This document shows, in pieces, positions 45,303 through 55,069 of a DNA stretch of 64,000 bases. The position numbers were made by a program, and so were the translations under genes. The stretch is from Escherichia phage FL38. The notes below the pieces were generated by a model, which did no database searches, had not been told where the DNA came from, and was given only the letters and a program-made list of their open reading frames with translations. Numbering within the stretch: position 1 is the first letter of the stretch; every line of letters begins with the position of its first letter. Location of the stretch: the sequence record PP400784; one strand, written 5' to 3'.

Positions 45303-45895
45303 TTTAGTTTATGTTCCTCTAAAAATTCTTCAATTTCACCTTGCAGGTCTTCCGCTTGCTGTTCCAGAATATCGCGAAATTCACCTACAGTCAAGCGGTA
45401 ATCACATTTCACCAGTCGATGCGGGAGAATATACCCTTTATACATTGTCTCTGACGCTTCCAGGAATACCCCACTATGCATGACAGAGATCCAACCTGTT
45501 AACGTCAATGGAGTATTCGGAAAATAATACTTGCTGGATTGTTTCCACTGTACGAAAGCACCATATACAATCGGATTATATTCACCAACCACACTCTTAA
45601 TAATGGATTCTACTTTGTCTTTTACAAAGTCGCCAATGTCCATAGTTACCATCAAATCCTGTGGATGAATCACTTTAAGGTAACGACGATAACCGTCATC
45701 ATACCACATCTTAACCACTGGCGGACCCCACATTTTAGCAATACTCGCTTTCAGATAGCCATAGATCGGATTCTTGCAATGTGATTGTTTTAGTGTGTAT
45801 GTGTGCACCAATTTAATAAAATGTTCCATTACCAACAAATCAGAATCAGCCGCGACCATAGTCGTATTCATAATATGTTCCTCGTTCAATCTCAT
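45299..45895 (-). CDS. hypothetical protein (198 aa; start uncertain)
   Basis: ORF; overlaps the upstream gene by 50 nt from the track start. Confidence 0.5.
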   Translation of the reverse strand: MRLNEEHIMNTTMVAADSDLLVMEHFIKLVHTYTLKQSHCKNPIYGYLKASIAKMWGPPVVKMWYDDGYRRYLKVIHPQDLMVTMDIGDFVKDKVESIIKSVVGEYNPIVYGAFVQWKQSSKYYFPNTPLTLTGWISVMHSGVFLEASETMYKGYILPHRLVKCDYRLTVGEFRDILEQQAEDLQGEIEEFLEEHKLK

Positions 45896-46163
45896 ATTGT
45901 TTCAGGTCTTCTAAAAGTTCATCCACTGCTTGTTTCAGTACATGACGCAGCGTAAAGTAATAGCTTTCATCAAATTCTATTTCCGCGCGAGGAATAGAGC
46001 GAAACTTACACTTAACGGTAGTATCAGTGAGTCGCTTTTCGACCATCATCCGAACTTCTTCATGCTCTTTGGAATACCATACATCAACGGAGATCCCCTT
46101 ACGTCGAGCAAACATAGGCAATGCCTCATTAAATTCCATTACCTTTTGTGCAAGTGTTTTCAT
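45846..46163 (-). CDS. hypothetical protein (105 aa)
   Basis: ORF. Confidence 0.5.
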   Translation of the reverse strand: MKTLAQKVMEFNEALPMFARRKGISVDVWYSKEHEEVRMMVEKRLTDTTVKCKFRSIPRAEIEFDESYYFTLRHVLKQAVDELLEDLKQYEIERGTYYEYDYGRG

Positions 46164-46423
46164 CGTACAGACCCCATAGATCCACGCGCAATAACATTCT
46201 GGGTAATATCAGCAACCTTACGGGATACGATGTTTGTTAGCCCCTCTTTGGTGATATTTTCACGATCAAATGGGATTTCGTCATGAGTCCACAAACCATA
46301 GTTAGATCGAAATGATAGCATATACTGACCATCTCGCACAACCTCAAATACATGGATCTTAGTGAATTTCGATAAACCTTCGTTGATTTCTTTCAATGCA
46401 TTAGTAATCATAACAACCTCCAA
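46160..46423 (-). CDS. hypothetical protein (87 aa)
   Basis: ORF preceded by a type I promoter. Confidence 0.5.
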   Translation of the reverse strand: MEVVMITNALKEINEGLSKFTKIHVFEVVRDGQYMLSFRSNYGLWTHDEIPFDRENITKEGLTNIVSRKVADITQNVIARGSMGSVR

Positions 46424-46436
46424 TCAATTTTTAGAG

Positions 46437-46466
46437 AGTATAACGGGGATTTCTCCCCGCGTCAAC
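46437..46466 (-). promoter_or_regulatory. early promoter with palindromic spacer (type I): TTGACG-CGGGGAGAAATCCCCG-TATACT
   Basis: Spacer is an inverted repeat; overlaps the gp47 stop. Confidence 0.55.
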
Positions 46467-47491
46467 TAACTTTTTGCGCTATTTACCTCGGCTAAAAGTT
46501 CATCAGAAATACGCTTGACCGCCGCAAGTTCTTCCGGTTCTAGGTTTTGTTCTTCCAGATATTCATATACCATCTGAATAGTGCTTTTAACTTCAATAAC
46601 ACCTGTTTCCTGTGATGCGCTACTCTCCAGTTTATGGACCACTTTTAGCTTGTGTACAACGGCCTCTAACGCGCTTTCTAACTTAGTTAACCCATTATCA
46701 GCAACCGTTGCAATAAGACGCACACTAAGCCCCTTAAAGCGTTCTACATCGATTTTATCATCTGACGGGTAAGTGATACGCACATGATAAGTTTTGTCAT
46801 TCTGGATAAACTCTTTTTTGTGTGTATCGGTATCGAATACCCAAAACCCACGCGGATCGTTTTCGTCACCCGCCGTTAGTGTGTATGGTGTACCGATATA
46901 CGTTACATTACCGCCATCGCTGATAGTATGAAAATGACCGGAAAACACTTCACGGTATTTCTTGAGGAAGTCCGCGCTATAACCTTCGGATTTTAGCCCT
47001 TTATAGAAATAGTAACCGGACAATTCCCAATGGCCTACACAATATTCGCTGAATGAGTTTTGAATAAACTCTAAAATCTCTGATTTATTGTCATCACAAA
47101 ACCACGGGAACAGATCAAATGATACACCATCAAAGGTAACTGTTTCCGGTTTATCGATAACCTTAATGCAATCATACTGGCTTAACACTTCACGCGGTGC
47201 GTTAGGCTGGATCTTGTTTCGTTTAAACATATCATGGTTCCCGACCGTGATATAACAAGTAATTCCAGCCTCTTCCAGTAATGGGATGACCTTAGTACGG
47301 TTAAATTTCATGGTTTCATGGGTAATTGCTTTTCGGCAATCAAACCAATCCCCTGTTTGAATCCATGTCTTAATATTATGCTCTTTGGAGTATTCAACCG
47401 CCTTCTTGATGGTATCAAGAATATACTCATGCACCCACGGATCATCGCCACCGATACCAGTATGCAGATCACCTAAAAGCAAAATTTTCAT
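46466..47491 (-). CDS. 47: recombination endonuclease subunit (SbcD/Mre11-like)
   Basis: 341 aa; MKILLLGDLH phosphoesterase motif; T4 gp47 is 339 aa. Confidence 0.9.
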   Translation of the reverse strand: MKILLLGDLHTGIGGDDPWVHEYILDTIKKAVEYSKEHNIKTWIQTGDWFDCRKAITHETMKFNRTKVIPLLEEAGITCYITVGNHDMFKRNKIQPNAPREVLSQYDCIKVIDKPETVTFDGVSFDLFPWFCDDNKSEILEFIQNSFSEYCVGHWELSGYYFYKGLKSEGYSADFLKKYREVFSGHFHTISDGGNVTYIGTPYTLTAGDENDPRGFWVFDTDTHKKEFIQNDKTYHVRITYPSDDKIDVERFKGLSVRLIATVADNGLTKLESALEAVVHKLKVVHKLESSASQETGVIEVKSTIQMVYEYLEEQNLEPEELAAVKRISDELLAEVNSAKS

Positions 47492-47581
47492 AGTCTCTTC
47501 CTCTCTTCGTTTTCGATGCTCTCACTATATCACAGAAAAATAAAAAGGGAAACCCCTTTCAGAGTCTCCCTTATAAAGCCA

Positions 47582-47869
47582 TTACAGCATACTTAATACC
47601 GTTTGCCGTGTACTAATCCACATAGCAGAAAGCAGTTCTGGCGTGTGTGGCTGTTTGTAGATATCACGTAACTTTCCGATAGCGTAGATATACGCATCAC
47701 GGTTATCATCGATGATAGCTTGTTCAGCCCACCGCTTAAGGCGTGCAATCTCTCGCGAGTTCTTACGCAAGATCTTTTCCGCTTTCTTAGCGGCTTTAGC
47801 CTCTAGTTCTGCTTGTACTTTGTCTACTTCATTCACTGCAATCTGGTCATGCTGTTCATTGCAAGTCAT
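47582..47869 (-). CDS. hypothetical protein (95 aa)
   Basis: ORF. Confidence 0.5.
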   Translation of the reverse strand: MTCNEQHDQIAVNEVDKVQAELEAKAAKKAEKILRKNSREIARLKRWAEQAIIDDNRDAYIYAIGKLRDIYKQPHTPELLSAMWISTRQTVLSML

Positions 47870-47870
47870 A

Positions 47871-48104
47871 TTATTTTACCTCTGGGATATAATCAATTAT
47901 TAAAGAAAATTCATCTTCTGATACATTATAGCTATGTGAGATTGTACCCGTAAAGACCTCAAGATCCGGTGATTTGATATTGCACGGATCGATAATCACC
48001 GGAACGCCGCAATCTCTCAAAAATAATTTGGCGAAATACGGCACAAGGTCAGTTTCAAACTCTGCTTCTTCCAGCAAACGGGAAATGTTAATTTTCAATC
48101 TCAT
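47871..48104 (-). CDS. hypothetical protein (77 aa)
   Basis: ORF. Confidence 0.45.
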   Translation of the reverse strand: MRLKINISRLLEEAEFETDLVPYFAKLFLRDCGVPVIIDPCNIKSPDLEVFTGTISHSYNVSEDEFSLIIDYIPEVK

Positions 48105-48621
48105 AAAATTGGTCCAAGCTAGGCAATTCCTCGGTCAATACATCTTCAACCTTTGGCGCTTTCGGTTTATTGACCGATTCCTCGTAGTTGTTGATTTTAT
48201 CGTAAATGTCCTGTATGAATGCCTCATCAGCAATCTGGCACATATCAGCGTCGCGTTCGTCATATACATGATGCACAAAATATTTGTATTTTGCGGCTGT
48301 CGCTGTTCTCTCTTTTTTAATGCGCTGTACAAAAGCATTAAAGCACGCTTGCGTGATGTAAGCATGAGGATTTTTATACTTTGTCTCGTCAAAATTAATC
48401 AAACCCTTGACCGCCGCTTCGATTCCGTCGTCGATCATTTCTTCGCGCCACGTTTGACTATAACCAGAAAAGTTAAAACGACGTGATAGATTTTTAGAGA
48501 TTTGCATAATTGCTAGGCCGATTTGATCGCTCATTGGAACTTGCCGACCTTCTGCTGCAATTTGTTGTTTCCAACGGCAAATTTCTTCGTAAAGCTCTTT
48601 ATTGTTTACATAATCAGACAC
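48088..48621 (-). CDS. 55: late-transcription sigma factor
   Basis: 177 aa; [50 protein letters not shown] and FIQDIYDK match T4 gp55. Confidence 0.93.
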   Translation of the reverse strand: MSDYVNNKELYEEICRWKQQIAAEGRQVPMSDQIGLAIMQISKNLSRRFNFSGYSQTWREEMIDDGIEAAVKGLINFDETKYKNPHAYITQACFNAFVQRIKKERTATAAKYKYFVHHVYDERDADMCQIADEAFIQDIYDKINNYEESVNKPKAPKVEDVLTEELPSLDQFYEIEN

Positions 48622-48661
48622 TTCGCACCCTCGCTATTATTTAGGAAATAACCCTTTCGGG

Positions 48662-50131
48662 CTATTCCCCATTACCATTATACTTTCTTTGCTTAGTTAT
48701 CCACACTCTAACCATCTCTACAGATTCGCCGTCAGACGGATCAAGAGTTTTTCCTTTTTTCTTCATGCGGTACTTAAATCCGTTAAATCTTGCATTCTCT
48801 TGCTCGTTAAAGTCGAACATCTTTTTAAATGATTTTCGCCCTTTACGTTCACCACATTCTAGCGGAATCATTCGATCTGTTATTACATTGGCATTAGGCA
48901 GAAACGTTTTTAGATAATCCACCAACGCCCAATCAGGAACATATAGATTAACATTCTCCTTGCTCTCGTTGTCTCTCAGGTTACAACGCAAACATAATTG
49001 AAATGCTGGTTCCAGATAATCAGACACATGACGCGCTTTCAAAAACTCGTTTGTCGGGAGATCACAACTATTAGCAAGACCTTTTAAAATATCAATCTCC
49101 CATCGTTGAGGGTTAAAGCTGAACATCACAGCAACATTTTTATGATGAATGTAAGAGTTAAGACCATAAGACCCGTAAGGTATCCGCTCACCAATACCAT
49201 TTGTACACGCTTCACGGTCCCGATTCACGGTATAAATGAAGTCATCGCCACATTCATTTTTAACCATATCAACAAGACGTTCAAAGGTATTGTTTGTTTC
49301 TGACTGGTGACGCGACCATCGTTCAGAGTCCGTCATAAGGATGATATTAACTCTATCTGTATTTTTATACTCTTTGAAATATAGTCTGGATTCTAGCGCA
49401 CTCGGAACAAAATCGCAATTTGCATAGTATCGTAGATACTTCCCACTATATGTATCAAAGAGATTTGCACATGCTATCGTAACCTTTTTAAAGTCTCCCC
49501 ACGTACCGTGTTTGTTATCGTTCAAGAAAACAATTTTCGACCCATTCTTCCGGTGTCCTTCGTTATGTTTTACCATAACGTTGATTTTCTTCTCTAATAA
49601 CGCCTCATAAAGCCCTCTAAGAGAAGAATCGATCATATCAGTACCATCCTTCGCACTTTCTATCTTTTCTTTGATAGCGGCCTTCTCAGAGTCTTTTAGA
49701 ACTAAGTTCTGTAGGCATTCCGATTCGTCGGCGATTGGTTCGCAATGCTTCGTGATAAGTTCAAGATTAGACTTAAACGGATACTCATTAAATTCAACCA
49801 GTTGAGGAACTTCATCAATGTAAAGAGCATAATCACCAAACATTTTTGAACGTTCCATATTAGATAACGCTGTATGTGTAATGAATATCACATCAGCACC
49901 ATCTTTAACTGATTGCATTATCGACGCTTGCACTGTCTTAAGGCTTCTTAGTCTTGTGCTATCAATCAAGACAGCACGACCGCCCATTCTTTTAAACTTA
50001 TTGTAAGATTGTTCACTTAAAACACGAGATGGCGAAGCAATAACCGCTTTTTCTTTTGTCTCTAGGACGTGGGAAAGTATAGCATCAGTTTTCCCCGCCG
50101 CTGGCAATGCGATTAATGTTTCAATCTTCAT
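48662..50131 (-). CDS. P-loop NTPase of unknown function (489 aa)
   Basis: Walker A IALPAAGKTD at residues 8-17; motif Ia-like VIASPSRVLSEQ; Walker B LYIDEVP; no T4 counterpart recognised. Confidence 0.5.
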   Translation of the reverse strand: MKIETLIALPAAGKTDAILSHVLETKEKAVIASPSRVLSEQSYNKFKRMGGRAVLIDSTRLRSLKTVQASIMQSVKDGADVIFITHTALSNMERSKMFGDYALYIDEVPQLVEFNEYPFKSNLELITKHCEPIADESECLQNLVLKDSEKAAIKEKIESAKDGTDMIDSSLRGLYEALLEKKINVMVKHNEGHRKNGSKIVFLNDNKHGTWGDFKKVTIACANLFDTYSGKYLRYYANCDFVPSALESRLYFKEYKNTDRVNIILMTDSERWSRHQSETNNTFERLVDMVKNECGDDFIYTVNRDREACTNGIGERIPYGSYGLNSYIHHKNVAVMFSFNPQRWEIDILKGLANSCDLPTNEFLKARHVSDYLEPAFQLCLRCNLRDNESKENVNLYVPDWALVDYLKTFLPNANVITDRMIPLECGERKGRKSFKKMFDFNEQENARFNGFKYRMKKKGKTLDPSDGESVEMVRVWITKQRKYNGNGE

Positions 50132-50436
50132 TAGAAACCCTTACGTCGTGCTTTCTGGCATTTCTTGATCATTTTATCAGAAATTTCGCGCTTAGGTGCA
50201 ATCTCTTTCACACCGAAAGCACTAATGCCAAATTCAGAGAGAATATATTCAACCAACAATTCACGCACACGCGCTTTACCGATATTCACGCCGTTATTTT
50301 TCAGATATGTCTGGCCTTCGACTTGCATCAGATCTAAATCTGCGTCGGTAATATTGATTTCTTCCATGCGCCCAAATCGAGAATAAACCATGTGTGCGAT
50401 TGCATTGTGTACTAACATAATATATTCCTCACTCAA
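50131..50436 (-). CDS. hypothetical protein (101 aa)
   Basis: ORF. Confidence 0.5.
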   Translation of the reverse strand: MSEEYIMLVHNAIAHMVYSRFGRMEEINITDADLDLMQVEGQTYLKNNGVNIGKARVRELLVEYILSEFGISAFGVKEIAPKREISDKMIKKCQKARRKGF

Positions 50437-50439
50437 GAA

Positions 50440-50598
50440 TTACTTAATGATACTTACTTTACCAGATCCATGACAATGAGCGCAACACCCATCACCACGC
50501 AATCCTGTTCCGTTACAGTGTTTACACTTCTTCAACGGTAAAGCCATTATAGCAAATAAAGCAATAATGAATACCGAAACTAAATTCTCAATAATCAT
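50440..50598 (-). CDS. putative membrane-anchored zinc-ribbon peptide (52 aa)
   Basis: Not in ORF track; N-terminal TM helix then CKHCNGTG...CCAHCHGSG; ATG inside the end of the upstream gene. Confidence 0.4.
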   Translation of the reverse strand: MIIENLVSVFIIALFAIMALPLKKCKHCNGTGLRGDGCCAHCHGSGKVSIIK

Positions 50599-50857
50599 AA
50601 ATCGCCCTCAGTTCTTTATAGCCTCCAATGTGCTCGTTGTCAATGAATATCTGGGGGTATACAAATCGGAGGCTCTTTGAGTTCATCCTCCCCGCCAGTT
50701 CTTCAATCATATCACGGTCGGGAATAATGTCAACCCCGACCTGCTTGAATACTGGTTTAAGTGTATACGGAATACCCAGATCATCCAGTAGCTTCATTGC
50801 ACTAATACAACCATAACAATGATAAGCCTCTTTCGGTATACCGTATATCTCGATCAT
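50588..50857 (-). CDS. glutaredoxin-like protein (NrdH-like)
   Basis: 89 aa; CYGC redox motif; C-terminal PQIFIDNEHIGGYKEL glutaredoxin signature. Confidence 0.6.
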   Translation of the reverse strand: MIEIYGIPKEAYHCYGCISAMKLLDDLGIPYTLKPVFKQVGVDIIPDRDMIEELAGRMNSKSLRFVYPQIFIDNEHIGGYKELRAIYDY

Positions 50858-51354
50858 TTCTCAGCCTTTAATCTTTCTAGTTCTTCTTCCAGTTCCTTGA
50901 TCCGTTGGTCACGTTCAAAGTCACGCTGCAACTTAGTGGCGAATACTCGTTTAAACTGATTGTAATCATCGATTTTAAACACTTCTTCTTCGCCATAGCG
51001 ACGCACAGAAACTTCGTAGTTATTGAAGAATTGTTGCATCATTGCTTCGGATGATAGCTCTGCTGATACCACTTTAAAATATTGATCTTCTGTAGGCGAA
51101 AACCAATTACAAGCATAAAGATAAACCTTTTCATTGTCTGGACACTGGTAAGCCTTACCATCGATTTCAATCACAGAAACATATTCAGGTATACTAGATG
51201 AATCAATAGCTAAGACTTTAAACGCACGGTCCCCGATAAACTCGGAGATCACACGATTCGCATCACTGGTTGCAAATGCTTTACGCGCTTGTTCGTTTTT
51301 CCACTGATAGGTCATGCCAACAACAAACATATTACCAACCTCGCTCTTTACCAA
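50854..51354 (-). CDS. repeat-domain family protein (1 domain + helical tail)
   Basis: Shares the ...FKVLAID...IEIDG...WF...DQYFKVV core and coiled-coil tail with neighbours. Confidence 0.55.
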   Translation of the reverse strand: MVKSEVGNMFVVGMTYQWKNEQARKAFATSDANRVISEFIGDRAFKVLAIDSSSIPEYVSVIEIDGKAYQCPDNEKVYLYACNWFSPTEDQYFKVVSAELSSEAMMQQFFNNYEVSVRRYGEEEVFKIDDYNQFKRVFATKLQRDFERDQRIKELEEELERLKAEK

Positions 51355-52156
51355 TCAAAAATTCAACTTCACGACGTTTAATGTCTTCTTGAAGGTCTTT
51401 AATCTTCTGGCGATCTTGCATGATTTCATCCATCTTGTCAAGTGCCGCAATGAAATCATCGAAACGTTCAAAGGTTTTACCTTCATTTGCTTCGCCAAAT
51501 TTAACCATTGTCAGGCCGTAACGACTACTAAACAGACGTTTCAACTGTCCAACGATCTTAGAATCAGTGGTTATAACTTCCAATTCTTCTACTTCACGAA
51601 AGAATTTTCTATCAGAATCAATAAACCAGCTAGTTCCTTTATGGTCTCTATCTTCGGTTGCGCTCATTAGAGTATGGTCTTTACCATCAATTTCAATTAC
51701 ATCAATTTGCCCACATGGACGAACATTTTTAACAGTAAAAGGTCTATAATTTATTGCTCGTGCAATAACATAATTAAGATTAGATACGTTTTCAGCATAA
51801 TGACAGAAGTCGGTCATAGCATTCGCATCTTTCCAAGTATAAGTTTTACCAACTTCCCATTTCTGGGGAACTTCTTCAACTTCACGAAAGAATTTTCGAT
51901 CGAATGGACTAAAGAAATATGTTGCAGTCCAAATGTCTTTTCCTGTAGCAGTTTTCGCCGTATGATAAACACCGTCTAGCTCTATTGCATCAATCCAACC
52001 GTTACCATCGATCTCGATGATGGTAAATGGCTTGTCACCAATAGCTGCACTAATATCGCTGTTAAGTGGAGAAAGAACACCTTCTCCGTTAGTAATAAAC
52101 TCAGTTTTAGCGTTTTCATCTTTCCAGGTGTAGGTTTTACCAATTTCCCATTTCAT
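51332..52156 (-). CDS. repeat-domain family protein (2 tandem domains + helical tail)
   Basis: MKWEIGKTYTWKD...DRKFFREVEE occurs twice, then tail. Confidence 0.6.
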   Translation of the reverse strand: MKWEIGKTYTWKDENAKTEFITNGEGVLSPLNSDISAAIGDKPFTIIEIDGNGWIDAIELDGVYHTAKTATGKDIWTATYFFSPFDRKFFREVEEVPQKWEVGKTYTWKDANAMTDFCHYAENVSNLNYVIARAINYRPFTVKNVRPCGQIDVIEIDGKDHTLMSATEDRDHKGTSWFIDSDRKFFREVEELEVITTDSKIVGQLKRLFSSRYGLTMVKFGEANEGKTFERFDDFIAALDKMDEIMQDRQKIKDLQEDIKRREVEFLIGKERGW

Positions 52157-52168
52157 AATATATTCCCC

Positions 52169-52669
52169 TTAACCGATTTTATCAAGTTCGTTTAATGCTT
52201 TCTCTGCTTCCTGTATAGCTTGCACCCTTTCCGGCATTTTGTCAAGAAAATCTTTCAACTCTTCAAAACTGGAGATATGACGCAATGCGTTAGCACCGAT
52301 AGCCGCATGTGATTTGCATTCAAAGCGGATTTTATAATTATCCATCGCCAATTTGAGAAGGTCTATTAGATCATATTCATGACCAGGCAATAAAACTTCT
52401 TTGAAGCACGCTCGGTCGCCATCGGAAAACCATATATTATCACCAACATCGATAGAACTAATATAATCCCCTTCGTGATTATAGATTGAACGTACATTAC
52501 CCCAACGGTCTACCGTAGCGACAGTAAATGGTTTATCTAGATATGTAAACACACCATCAATATTAGGTTTTTGTTCGTAACGCCAACAATCACGCAAAAT
52601 GCGCTTTTCGTCCTCACCAACCAACTTATATGTCTTCCCTTCTTCCCATTTCATAATATCATCTCTCAT
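52169..52669 (-). CDS. repeat-domain family protein (1 domain + helical tail)
   Basis: MKWEEGKTY...KPFTVATVD...DRACFKEV, tail with LKDFLDKMP. Confidence 0.6.
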   Translation of the reverse strand: MRDDIMKWEEGKTYKLVGEDEKRILRDCWRYEQKPNIDGVFTYLDKPFTVATVDRWGNVRSIYNHEGDYISSIDVGDNIWFSDGDRACFKEVLLPGHEYDLIDLLKLAMDNYKIRFECKSHAAIGANALRHISSFEELKDFLDKMPERVQAIQEAEKALNELDKIG

Positions 52670-53195
52670 TTTTGATACGTGATTCTAATTGGATCATACG
52701 GTCGCGCGTTTGTTTGTATTCTCGGATAGCACCGATCCGGCTAGGCATACCATCCAGTACGCTCTTAATACCTTCTAGGGTAGTGATTTTAGCAATGCTA
52801 TTATGCAACCCCATCTTATCGATCAACTGAATGTCGTAGGCTTCCATAAGCAGACCCAGACGTTCTAAAGTTAGGTCTTCTTCTTTTTCTTCAGAATCTG
52901 GAATCTTAGGTTCAATAATAACTTCGGTAAAGAAACGACGCTCACCCGACCAAAACCACACACCGGAACAGCCAATAGGGGATTCTTTTAACGTCATAGA
53001 GTCGAAATCACTACCGATAATAGTAATTTCTCTAACATCACCATCATCGTCAATGTCTTCTACCCTAAACGGGCGACCAGCCAACAAGTCAACAATACAT
53101 CTGTTAATAGACGACGAAAATTTAGTCAGTTCGGCTTTCGACGCTTCGCATTCAATCTTGTAAGTTTTACCAACTTCCCATTCCATAATAATCAC
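52659..53195 (-). CDS. repeat-domain family protein (1 domain + helical tail)
   Basis: MEWEVGKTY...RPFRVEDID...ERRFFTEV, tail with LDGMP. Confidence 0.6.
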   Translation of the reverse strand: MIIMEWEVGKTYKIECEASKAELTKFSSSINRCIVDLLAGRPFRVEDIDDDGDVREITIIGSDFDSMTLKESPIGCSGVWFWSGERRFFTEVIIEPKIPDSEEKEEDLTLERLGLLMEAYDIQLIDKMGLHNSIAKITTLEGIKSVLDGMPSRIGAIREYKQTRDRMIQLESRIKNER

Positions 53196-53196
53196 C

Positions 53197-53706
53197 TCAA
53201 ATAATTTTCACTGGAATACTATTAACAATCTTGTATTGTACTTGATTGTCAGATCCCCGCCACGGCTTCTTCGTTGGCATATCTTTAATATAACGCCCAT
53301 CGATGAACATGTCAACTGATTCTACAATTTTTCTTTGCTCATCATTCAATTGGTCAAGGGTATAACCGGACCATAGCCAAATATCTTTATTTGGCATCCA
53401 TGATTTTACTTCATCGATGATCCGCTGTACACCCTTTAAATTGCGTTTATACAGTGGATCGCCACCTAAGAATGTTAGCCCCTGAATAAAATCAGGTCTA
53501 AGCAGATCCAGAATCAATCCCATTGTATCATCGGTGAATGGTTCCCCGTTCTTAGGATTGAGTAGGCTAGCATTAAAGCAACCATCACATGCATGTGAAC
53601 ATCCGGTAACGTAAAGGGAGACTCTCACTCCCTCACCGTTAACCATATCACAATCTTTAATATCGGCATAGCGTAGTTTGCCGTATGTATCAGAACTCAT
53701 ATTCAA
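53197..53706 (-). CDS. nrdG: anaerobic ribonucleotide reductase activating protein (radical SAM)
   Basis: 169 aa; GCSHACDGC cysteine cluster; adjacent to nrdD. Confidence 0.8.
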   Translation of the reverse strand: MNMSSDTYGKLRYADIKDCDMVNGEGVRVSLYVTGCSHACDGCFNASLLNPKNGEPFTDDTMGLILDLLRPDFIQGLTFLGGDPLYKRNLKGVQRIIDEVKSWMPNKDIWLWSGYTLDQLNDEQRKIVESVDMFIDGRYIKDMPTKKPWRGSDNQVQYKIVNSIPVKII

Positions 53707-53842
53707 TTACCCCGAACTCGTTTACAATCTGCGCTTTATAGTAACCACCGCGAGATGCTAATAGATAAGCTGGGCTTAGGTATTCGTATTCACGGATTTC
53801 TACTTGTGCGTTTTCAGTTTCCCAAATCAGTAAAGTCCACAT
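53690..53842 (-). CDS. hypothetical small protein (50 aa; start trimmed)
   Basis: Track start lies inside the promoter palindrome; internal ATG MWTLLIW has SD AGGAGAATCAAAT. Confidence 0.4.
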   Translation of the reverse strand: MWTLLIWETENAQVEIREYEYLSPAYLLASRGGYYKAQIVNEFGVIEYEF

Positions 53843-53884
53843 ATTTGATTCTCCTGTAAAGTTGTATCTCGTCTTGATGAATAT

Positions 53885-53914
53885 AGTATAGGGGATCTCG
53901 CGATCCCCGTCAAG
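53885..53914 (-). promoter_or_regulatory. early promoter with palindromic spacer (type I): TTGACG-GGGATCGCGAGATCCCC-TATACT
   Basis: Inverted repeat fills the spacer. Confidence 0.55.
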
Positions 53915-53917
53915 CAT

Positions 53918-54466
53918 TTATTTTAAATTTTTTCGAATGTAGTCAGACCATTCCTTCCCTGTCAGTTCGGTCCCATTCTGGAAACTGAAATATTCATACG
54001 GCATCGAGTCAAGATAAAACAGGATCATACATCGCGCCATATAATACCAATCACGATTAAAGTAAACTACGTTATCACCAGTACCATCAACCCCTTTATC
54101 ATAACCATCGCGGGTACGGGCGACCCATTGAATAGTATCATTTTTCTCGCGGATCGTAACAGGTTCCCAATATCCAGCACATCCAGCATGACCACACGAA
54201 CAAGTCAGGAAATATTGACCTTTTGCTTTGTTGTCATCCCATTCACGATGGATTGGTTCGATCTCGTGAAACAGTGCTAAGCAATCATGATTATGCAACA
54301 CTGGCTTACCATCAATCAATGCATGGAATGTATACAAACGACCAGTAGACAAATAGCTATCCTCACGCTCAACCAGTTCAATAGCAATCTTTTTAGCTCG
54401 TTCTTTGTGTCGTTGTGCTTTACGCTTACGGTTTAATGATTTCATATTCACCTCACACATTATCAA
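53918..54466 (-). CDS. hypothetical protein (182 aa) with Cys cluster CSCGHAGCAGY
   Basis: ORF between nrdD and nrdG. Confidence 0.5.
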   Translation of the reverse strand: MIMCEVNMKSLNRKRKAQRHKERAKKIAIELVEREDSYLSTGRLYTFHALIDGKPVLHNHDCLALFHEIEPIHREWDDNKAKGQYFLTCSCGHAGCAGYWEPVTIREKNDTIQWVARTRDGYDKGVDGTGDNVVYFNRDWYYMARCMILFYLDSMPYEYFSFQNGTELTGKEWSDYIRKNLK

Positions 54467-55002
54467 AGGTCGCGATATAGTACATTATGAAAATGAGAAC
54501 TTGCATTACCAATATTGTAGATAATAAATTCTTCATCCGGCGCTTGCGCTACAAATTGAGTATGAGCAACCGCCACAACCTTAAAAATACGATCCGTGAT
54601 CTTGTGTTTAATTTCTGCCCCTACTTCCATAGGAACATATTCATTTGTTTCTGTTTCAGTCGCAAAACAGCCATCTTCTTCATAAGCACGAACAAATCGA
54701 TCGCAATCAGTACGCTTAACAAATTCAAGAGTATACAATTCTCGTGAATTGTCGGTATAGACCAATACAGAATTATTATGATAGCGAATCACATACAGGT
54801 TATTATCATCGTCAATTACGCAAAAGCTACGGATTCCTTCGCCTTGACTCCAGCAGATATTAACCACCGTTCCTCTAATAAAAAAACTTTCCTTTAAATT
54901 AAAACTAGTCAATGTGCTAGCGTGCATTTTAACAACAACACCATCGCCAATTTCCAGTTTACGAAGTTTAACTTCTTTGTTCAGTACACAAAACATCATC
55001 AT
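54463..55002 (-). CDS. hypothetical protein (179 aa)
   Basis: ORF; TTGACA-16 nt-TATAAT promoter upstream at about 55030-55058. Confidence 0.5.
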   Translation of the reverse strand: MMMFCVLNKEVKLRKLEIGDGVVVKMHASTLTSFNLKESFFIRGTVVNICWSQGEGIRSFCVIDDDNNLYVIRYHNNSVLVYTDNSRELYTLEFVKRTDCDRFVRAYEEDGCFATETETNEYVPMEVGAEIKHKITDRIFKVVAVAHTQFVAQAPDEEFIIYNIGNASSHFHNVLYRDL

Positions 55003-55069
55003 GTTGTCCTCTCGTTGTTTTCGATGTGAGCATTATACATTAGCTAATCATGTTGTCAACACCCCAAAA

